A DNA stretch of 64,000 bases, from contig JBDRQI010000005.1 in assembly GCA_043826355.1 (NCBI GenBank), positions 64,001 to 128,000 of the forward strand, read 5' to 3'. Positions 57,419 to 64,000 of this stretch are shown here, in pieces. The notes under the pieces were generated by a model. That model had not been told where the DNA came from. It saw nothing but the letters and a program-made list of their open reading frames with translations, and searched no databases. Source of the stretch: Candidatus Omnitrophota bacterium. Lineage in GTDB: Bacteria; Ratteibacteria; UBA8468; MWAK01. Each line of letters opens with the position of its first letter. Within the stretch, counting starts at the first letter, position 1. The position numbers were made by a program, and so were the translations under genes.

Positions 57419-58696
57419 CTATTCGTTGCGCAACGCGGCTATCGGGTCCAGTTCGGCCGCGGAACGGGCCGGGTACAGACCGAAGATAACTCCGATGGCC
57501 GCGGAGATGGCAAAAGCCAGGATTGGCGACCAAAAGGTAACTATGGTCTTCATACCGGTAGCGCGCGTAACCAGTACCGGGATGAAAATGCCCAGAATAA
57601 CGCCGATGGCGCCTCCGATGCCGGAGAGGATTACCGCTTCGGACAGGAACTGGGTTATGATGTCCCGCTTGCGGGCGCCCAAAGCCCGGCGCAGGCCGAT
57701 CTCCCGAATCCGTTCCATAACGCTGGCCAGCATAATATTCATAATGCCGATGCCGCCCACTAACAGCGAAATAGCCGCAATAGACCCTAACACAATATTA
57801 AAGATACGTTTGGTCTGTTCGGCTTGTTTCAGCAGTTCCAGGGGCACCATAATTTCGTAATCGGCTGCTTTATGGCTTCGCTTCATCTCGGCGGAAATCA
57901 GGCTCACGGTTGCCGGAATGTCAGATTCCCGGCCGGCCTTCAACACTATTTCGTGCAGTTCCACCCATTCCCGCACCTGGCTTCCCCCCTCGTTCTTAAA
58001 GATGAACTCGCCGAATTGACTCAGTCCGGTTGAGAGCGGGACGTACATCTCATAATTGACGTTTTCCGTCGCCACCGTGGACCCGCCTCCGGAGATACTC
58101 CGGTCCGATAAAATTCCGATTACCCGGTAATAATTATTTTTAACCCGGACGGTCCCGCCAAGACCGCCGCCCAGCGGAAAAAGTTTTTGGGCAAGTCCGG
58201 CGCCTAAGACCGCCACGTTGGAACGGTAAAAATAGTCGTTTTCATTAAATAACCGTCCGGCTGACAGAGACAAATTGACCAGGTGAAAATAACTGGGGTT
58301 GGTTGATACCAGGTGTGCGGGGAAACTCCACTCTCCCTGCCAGACCGTCTCCCTTATCCGGCGCAACTGGGCCGACTGGTTTAACGAAGGAATGGCCTTA
58401 AGCCGGGCAAAATCGCTCTTCAGCAACCCATACTTATCCATTCTTCCCGTAGTTTGGGAACCACTACCGGCTTCAGCCGGCGGTTTGACGCTGCGCACGA
58501 TAATATTCAAACTGCCCATCTGCTTAATCCGCTGCTGGGCCTCATAACTGGCGCCCTCGCCGATAGCCAGCATCGCGATGACGGAAGCAACGCCGAAGAC
58601 GATACCCAGGACCGTCAGCAGGGAACGGAGCCGCCGGTGCCAGAGACTTTTTAAACCGACGGTCAGATTTCGCTGAAAAAATAAAGGAAGCGCCAT
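57419..58696 (-). CDS. MacB-like ABC permease
   Basis: RSLLTVLGIVFGV, GGIGIMNIML..V.ER.REIG.R.ALGA, PA..AA.LDP. Confidence 0.92.
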   Translation of the reverse strand: MALPLFFQRNLTVGLKSLWHRRLRSLLTVLGIVFGVASVIAMLAIGEGASYEAQQRIKQMGSLNIIVRSVKPPAEAGSGSQTTGRMDKYGLLKSDFARLKAIPSLNQSAQLRRIRETVWQGEWSFPAHLVSTNPSYFHLVNLSLSAGRLFNENDYFYRSNVAVLGAGLAQKLFPLGGGLGGTVRVKNNYYRVIGILSDRSISGGGSTVATENVNYEMYVPLSTGLSQFGEFIFKNEGGSQVREWVELHEIVLKAGRESDIPATVSLISAEMKRSHKAADYEIMVPLELLKQAEQTKRIFNIVLGSIAAISLLVGGIGIMNIMLASVMERIREIGLRRALGARKRDIITQFLSEAVILSGIGGAIGVILGIFIPVLVTRATGMKTIVTFWSPILAFAISAAIGVIFGLYPARSAAELDPIAALRNE

Positions 58697-58743
58697 TAGT
58701 TTTACGAAAACACTATTCAGGGTACGCAGGCTAAAGCCTGCGG

Positions 58744-59433
58744 CTACCCTTTTATGTGCCCGTCCACAATCTGAATCGTCCGGGAAGAGTGTTGCGCCAC
58801 GCTGACATCATGGGTAATAACCACCAGCGTCTTACCCTGGCTGTGCATTTCATTCAGAACAGAAAGTATCTCCTGCCCGGTTTTAGAATCAAGGTTGCCG
58901 GTCGGCTCATCCGCCAGGATGATAAGCGGTTCATTTACCAAACTGCGGGCGATAGCCACCCTTTGCTGCTGTCCGCCGGAGAGTTGGGCCGGCCGGTGGT
59001 CCAAACGGTTACCGAGGCCAACCATTTCCGCCAGGCGGACGGCGCGCTTAAGCCCGTCGGGGTCACGGGGGTTCCGGTAGAAGAGAGGAATCTCAATATT
59101 TTCCAGCACGGTCAGTTCCGGAATCAGGTTATACGATTGGAAAATAAAACCTATTTTTCGGTTGCGAATCTCCGAGAGTTGGTCGTCGGGAAGCGCCGAA
59201 ACGTCTTCTCCGCCGAGATAATACCGGCCGCCGGTGGGCTGGTCCAGGCAACCCAACAGGTTGAGCAGGGTTGTTTTGCCGGAACCGGAAGGACCCATCA
59301 CCGCCAGGTATTCGCCCTCTTCCACCGTCAGGTTAATTTTCGCCAGGGCCGCCACTTCGCCGGCCGCCATCCGGTAAATCCGGCTGATCTCTTCCAATTG
59401 AATTGCCGGTGTTATTTTATTCTGGGCAACCAT
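58744..59433 (-). CDS. MacB/LolD-like ABC ATPase
   Basis: [26 protein letters not shown]. Confidence 0.93.
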   Translation of the reverse strand: MVAQNKITPAIQLEEISRIYRMAAGEVAALAKINLTVEEGEYLAVMGPSGSGKTTLLNLLGCLDQPTGGRYYLGGEDVSALPDDQLSEIRNRKIGFIFQSYNLIPELTVLENIEIPLFYRNPRDPDGLKRAVRLAEMVGLGNRLDHRPAQLSGGQQQRVAIARSLVNEPLIILADEPTGNLDSKTGQEILSVLNEMHSQGKTLVVITHDVSVAQHSSRTIQIVDGHIKG

Positions 59434-59522
59434 TTAATACAAACACAATTAGCGACCTTAAAAGGATCGCACTACGTTAAAACATGGATTCCTGATTAAA
59501 ACATTCGGGAACGACAAAGTTA

Positions 59523-61316
59523 TCAGTTTGATTTTTCTTCCCGGATAATCGGTCTTTGCCTGACCGGCCGCGAGGCGCCGCCGGCGTTTTCACCACCCGG
59601 ATTTCCCGGATTTCCGGCCGCCGGTTCCGCCGTTTTTGCTGGGGCAGACGGTTGCGGCTGACCGGCGTCGGTTCCGGCATCTTCCGGTCCCACCTTTTCC
59701 ATTTTCGGCGTTTCCGATACCAGCGTAGGCAGGGTAGCGGCTCCGGATATAAGCACTACGTCTCCGCTCTTCAAGCCGTTTTGCACTTCAACAAAACTGT
59801 CGTTGCTCAACCCGATTACCACCGGCGCCTCAATTGGCCGGCGCCGGACCAGTTTGACACAATAATAATTTCCGGCCGAACCACGAAGGGCCGAAAGCGG
59901 AATTGAGAGCACGTTTTTACGTTCAGCCACCAGTATCTCCACCTGGGTTGACATTCCCGGACGCAAATCCGGCATTCCCTTGTCCAGCACCACATCCACC
60001 GCGTACACATTAATATCAGGGTTCATCCAGCGCATGGTGGCGTCCGGCAAAAGCGCCATCTTGCTTACCTTGCCGGTAACGGACATCCCCGGAAAAGCAT
60101 CCACCGTAACCCGGGCCGTCTGACCTTCCCGAATCTTATCAATGGAGGACTCCGGCACCTTCAGTTCCACCGACATCTGGGAAATATCCGGCAGGGTGAT
60201 AATAACCTGACGCTGATTGACGGAGGCGCCGGCCTGAATAGGACCCTGTCGTGATTGAAAAGGATTGGCGCTGCTGGCGTAAACCACGATACCCGGCTGG
60301 GTGGCAACGATAACGCTTTGTTCCACCTGGGTCTGGTAGCGCTTGACCCGGTTCTGAATAAGCTGGTAAGAAGCCTGCCGGGTTGCCAGGCGATTCTGGG
60401 CCTGGGCTGATTGAGCCCGGGCGTTGGCCTTAACGCGGGTCAATTCTTCTCCGGCTTCCCGGAAATCGGAAAGACGCTTGGTCAACTCTTTGGGAAAATC
60501 GTAATTTTGAAAAAGGAGATAAGCGATCTGGGCCTGCTCGGTCTCCACCTGCCGCTGCTGGACCGCCAGGTTATCCGCCTCCTGTTCTCCCCGGGTTGCG
60601 TAGCCCTTTTCCACTAATTTTTGGGTCCAGTCCAGCCGGTCCTGGGCGCGGGAAAGTTGTTCTCTGGAAAGGTCAATCGCATTCTTAAACTGTTTCAGCT
60701 GGCGCTGGGCTTCGCCTTCCAGGTCCGGGCTGGCAAAAAGTTCCCCGGGCTTGATTCCGTCCTTCTGCTTCAACACCGCTTCAGTCAAACGGCTGCCCAG
60801 GTACTTTTCCAGTTCCATGCGGGTAAAAGTCAGGCTCAATTCACTTTTTCGGATGTTGGTGTCATTCTGGTTAATCTGAATCTGATAACCTTCCCGGGCG
60901 TCGGTCAGCGCCGTCTCCGCGTTCTGCAGGTTAATCTCTTCCTGGGCCAACTGCTCTCCCACCCGGTCCGAATCCAAACGCACCAGTACCTTACGGTTCG
61001 CAACATCCTCTTCAGTCACCACGGTCCCTTCCGGCACTATAGCCAGAATCGTATTCTGCCCTGCAATCTCGGAAATAATATCCTGACTCCTCATCGCTTT
61101 CAGGGTCCCGCCTGTCAGTACCGTCACCCTGAAATCTCCTGGTTTCACCTGCCAGGTCAACCCGGTGGTCTTTTCTTTCCGGCTGCCCGACATCAGGATA
61201 AGCAAAAAAATAAGCGCTAAGAGAAGAAACCCTAAGAATAGGCGTTTTCTCTTTTTGGGGGGTATTTTAGCCCAAAAAACCGGTTTAGTTGTTAACCGCT
61301 GCATTAATTTGCGCAT
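59523..61316 (-). CDS. Periplasmic adaptor (MacA/HlyD family) with long coiled coil
   Basis: N-terminal TM, lipoyl halves, V.ES.I..I..GQ, LRPGMS. Confidence 0.88.
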   Translation of the reverse strand: MRKLMQRLTTKPVFWAKIPPKKRKRLFLGFLLLALIFLLILMSGSRKEKTTGLTWQVKPGDFRVTVLTGGTLKAMRSQDIISEIAGQNTILAIVPEGTVVTEEDVANRKVLVRLDSDRVGEQLAQEEINLQNAETALTDAREGYQIQINQNDTNIRKSELSLTFTRMELEKYLGSRLTEAVLKQKDGIKPGELFASPDLEGEAQRQLKQFKNAIDLSREQLSRAQDRLDWTQKLVEKGYATRGEQEADNLAVQQRQVETEQAQIAYLLFQNYDFPKELTKRLSDFREAGEELTRVKANARAQSAQAQNRLATRQASYQLIQNRVKRYQTQVEQSVIVATQPGIVVYASSANPFQSRQGPIQAGASVNQRQVIITLPDISQMSVELKVPESSIDKIREGQTARVTVDAFPGMSVTGKVSKMALLPDATMRWMNPDINVYAVDVVLDKGMPDLRPGMSTQVEILVAERKNVLSIPLSALRGSAGNYYCVKLVRRRPIEAPVVIGLSNDSFVEVQNGLKSGDVVLISGAATLPTLVSETPKMEKVGPEDAGTDAGQPQPSAPAKTAEPAAGNPGNPGGENAGGASRPVRQRPIIREEKSN

Positions 61317-62889
61317 CCCAATCTCCCGTCCAAACACCGTTGCTGCCAATCTCCAGCATCTCTGCGTCCCGCAGAAAAGACAGATTGGCGGAAAGATAAT
61401 CTACCGTTGCCGCCAACAGGCTGTTGCGTGCCTGCAGACTGGCGCTCTGCGCTTCCAGAAGGTCCCGCTGGGATGCCCGGCCCGCATCTAACAGCATGTT
61501 GATACTCTCCACCCGCCTCCGGGCTAATTCCAGGCTCACCTTTTGATTTTCGTAACTCTGTCGGGCCTGCTCCAAATTACGCCAGGCGGTGCGTATCCCC
61601 AGCGAAACGCTGTCCTGCACAAAAGAGAGGTTGCGCCGGCTGCGTTCCAGATAGATTAAACTCTGGCGATAGCTGTTCCTTTCCGTCAGCCGGTCAACCG
61701 GCAAATCCAGCTGCAGGCCGGCGCTGTAATCTGTTTTATCCGAGTCAAAGTTCAGAGCCGTATTTTCATCTTCCGGTGTTGCCATACCGACAGAACCGGC
61801 AAACAAAAGGCCGGCCCGGAGGTTGTCCCGGGAAACCGCTACTTTACGGCTCGCATCCTCAACCGCATCCAGGGCGCTCATCAGGTCCAGCCGGTTTTGC
61901 AGGGATATCTCCAGCGCCTGCGCCAGACTCAATTGAAGAACCGGCAGGGTCCGGATGGTCAATTCCTCGGCCTCTTTGTCGCTGAAACGGATGGCGGCGT
62001 CAGCCGGCAGGCCCAGCAGAACCTTAAACTGGTCAATCTCCTCCTGGTAGATTGTGCGAGCCGTAATCATCCGCTCGTAAGCCCGCAGTTCATCCTGACG
62101 GGCCTGGTCCACCTGAAAAAGGGGCAAACGTCCGGCTTCACCCAGCATTTCGCTGCGCTGGCGGTTTGTAACCAACTGCTGATAGTTATTCTCTTCGTTG
62201 GACAACACCATCTTCCGTTCCAGGAGCTGATAGTAGTTGGTGGTGATTTGAACCGAAAAGGTGCGCTGATAGTGTAAAAAAGAGCGAATGGCGTAAACGA
62301 CGTCACGTTCGGACTGGGTAAGGTTTTCCCGGGCAACCCGGCGTCCGGCTCCCCGGAAAAGAGGCTGCAGGAGATTAAGGCGAAGCAGCGAACCGAGCGA
62401 CTCCTGCGGGTCGCCGGTCAGGTACCGCAAAAAATCCGTCCTCAGGTTCAAGGTAGCCTGGGCGCCGTCGGCCAGCCACTGAATAAGCGAAAAATCTCCG
62501 GAGAGGTTTACCCGTTCCGTGCCGTCGGTAGAGGTCCAGCCGGCGCTGAGGCCGGCGCCGAACCTGGGACGGTAGAGGTGGCGCTGGGCCGTAAGACTTA
62601 GCGCCTGGAGGTAAAGATTTTCCTTACGGGTCTGGTAATCCCGGCTGTGCAGAGCCGCCAACTGCAGCACTTCCTGAAGGCCGACTTCTGTTATCTCGTC
62701 CGGCGGAAATGCCGGAGGGCTCTTCGGTTCAATATCAAAAGAGCCCGCCGAACTCGGCCCCTTCTCCGCCAGGATGCGGTAAACTTCACGGTCCGCGCTC
62801 TCCCGGTAATGCTGAGTCGAACACCCGGCCAGGCAGGATAAAAATCCAACTATTAAACAGTATCGCCACCAATGACTTATTTTCATCAC
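61285..62889 (-). CDS. TolC-family outer membrane lipoprotein
   Basis: Lipobox LAGC, LLQPLFRGAG, LDLPVDR, DLLEAQ. Confidence 0.87.
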   Translation of the reverse strand: MMKISHWWRYCLIVGFLSCLAGCSTQHYRESADREVYRILAEKGPSSAGSFDIEPKSPPAFPPDEITEVGLQEVLQLAALHSRDYQTRKENLYLQALSLTAQRHLYRPRFGAGLSAGWTSTDGTERVNLSGDFSLIQWLADGAQATLNLRTDFLRYLTGDPQESLGSLLRLNLLQPLFRGAGRRVARENLTQSERDVVYAIRSFLHYQRTFSVQITTNYYQLLERKMVLSNEENNYQQLVTNRQRSEMLGEAGRLPLFQVDQARQDELRAYERMITARTIYQEEIDQFKVLLGLPADAAIRFSDKEAEELTIRTLPVLQLSLAQALEISLQNRLDLMSALDAVEDASRKVAVSRDNLRAGLLFAGSVGMATPEDENTALNFDSDKTDYSAGLQLDLPVDRLTERNSYRQSLIYLERSRRNLSFVQDSVSLGIRTAWRNLEQARQSYENQKVSLELARRRVESINMLLDAGRASQRDLLEAQSASLQARNSLLAATVDYLSANLSFLRDAEMLEIGSNGVWTGDWDAQINAAVNN

Positions 62890-62935
62890 GATATTTTATT
62901 AGATAAGATTCTCCCGCATTTTGTTTAATTGATTT

Positions 62936-64000
62936 TTACGCTGATTCGCAAAAAAAGTCTGGCTTCTGTTTTGCATAACGCCACTGAATTTGGTACAGAT
63001 TGTGATAAACTCCGCCGCGTGACAGAAGTTCCGCATGGTTGCCGGACTCCACTACTTTTCCGTCCTGAATAACCAGAATTTTGTTGGCATGCATCACGGT
63101 GGAGAGCCGATGGGCAATAACAAATGAGGTCCGGTTGCGCAGCAGGTGTTCGATTGCTTCCTGAATCAGAACTTCGGTCTTGTTGTCCACGGAAGAAGTG
63201 GCCTCATCAAGAATCAGGATGGGCGGGTTTTTCAAAAGGGCCCGGGCGATAGCAATGCGTTGTTTCTCGCCTACCGAAAGTCTGACACCGCGCTCGCCAA
63301 TCTGATGTTCATACCCATCCGGCAGCTTAATGATGAAATCATGAGCGTTGGCCAGTTTGGAAATAGCCACTATTTCATCCACTGTCGCATCCAGTCGTCC
63401 GTAAGCAATGTTTTCGATAATGGAGCCATCAAAAAGAAAGGGCTCCTGCATCACAATCCCGATATTTTCACGCAGATTTTTCAATTTTAATTTGCGCACA
63501 TCGACACCGTCAATAAAAATTGCGCCGTTTTCGGTCTCGTAAAACCGGGGTATCAGATTGACGATGGAGGTTTTGCCGGCGCCGGTGGGTCCCACCAGCG
63601 CGATAATCTCCCCGGGCCGGGCCTCAAAACTGACCCCGCGCAAAATTTCCTTGCCCGGCCTATAGGAAAAATGAACATCGTGAAAGACGACTTCACCTTT
63701 TACGGGATGAGACAAACTGATGGCGTTCCGCACTTCCCGAATCTGGGGTACCGTATCAATCACTTCAAAGATGCGTTCGCTCGCGGCCCGTCCGTGCTGA
63801 AGCATATGGTTCACCATATTCAACTGATGGATTGGCTGGTAGAAAAGCCCGATGTAAAAGAGGAATGAAACGATGTCGCCGGCCGTCAGTTTACCGGTTA
63901 AAATTGCCAGCTTGCCGCCGAACAAAAGCACGAGAAAGGTACCGACGGAGGTGGTAACAAAAATCGCCGGGGAGAAAATTGACCAGAGCTTTATCGCCTG
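62936..64000 (-). CDS. ABC exporter, fused permease/ATPase (5' end off the window)
   Basis: GPTGAGKT, LSVGEKQR, LDEATSSVD, IAHRLST. Confidence 0.92.
   Translation of the reverse strand, partial: QAIKLWSIFSPAIFVTTSVGTFLVLLFGGKLAILTGKLTAGDIVSFLFYIGLFYQPIHQLNMVNHMLQHGRAASERIFEVIDTVPQIREVRNAISLSHPVKGEVVFHDVHFSYRPGKEILRGVSFEARPGEIIALVGPTGAGKTSIVNLIPRFYETENGAIFIDGVDVRKLKLKNLRENIGIVMQEPFLFDGSIIENIAYGRLDATVDEIVAISKLANAHDFIIKLPDGYEHQIGERGVRLSVGEKQRIAIARALLKNPPILILDEATSSVDNKTEVLIQEAIEHLLRNRTSFVIAHRLSTVMHANKILVIQDGKVVESGNHAELLSRGGVYHNLYQIQWRYAKQKPDFFCESA

Overview
Chromosomal window from a probably anaerobic, diderm bacterium. Prepilin-type [11 protein letters not shown]9-DG proteins plus TolC suggest a PVC-like lineage such as Omnitrophota/Ratteibacteria (inference only). 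Contents in order: (1) a Fur-family-led operon (DUF5320, peroxiredoxin, pyruvoyl arginine decarboxylase, 2x NifB/NifX, MBL hydrolase, DsrE, ABC exporter, CoA-binding protein, flavin disulfide oxidoreductase); (2) a prepilin-like + BtuF-like + radical SAM + FecCD/BtuCD operon divergent from zur-znuACB; (3) glgA-GH57-DUF1015-pyrE-SPFH-tyrA; (4) superoxide reductase, desulforedoxin, rubredoxin and 2-oxoacid:ferredoxin oxidoreductase; (5) ferritin, miaA and an archaeal-type thyA; (6) a decayed island at tRNA-Pro (half-sigma protein, IS3 relic, hicAB, attR); (7) fucI-like, miaB, short pyruvate kinase, P-type ATPase, Trk, comEA, tRNA-Arg; (8) an accessory region after tRNA-Asn (GIY-YIG mini-element, pseudogenes, TspO, DenV-like glycosylase, repeat surface protein, IS1380 relic); (9) satP, a beta-propeller lipoprotein and a MacAB-TolC-like system. 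The most striking unexplained structure is a set of short palindromic repeat families. They nest inside each other, sit in frame inside miaB, form protein C-termini, and in one case make a clean 31-nt insertion without target duplication in an IS1380 gene. The same repeat family flanks a tRNA-integrated GIY-YIG nuclease. No CRISPR array or rRNA was seen. All calls are from motif recognition; no database searches were run.
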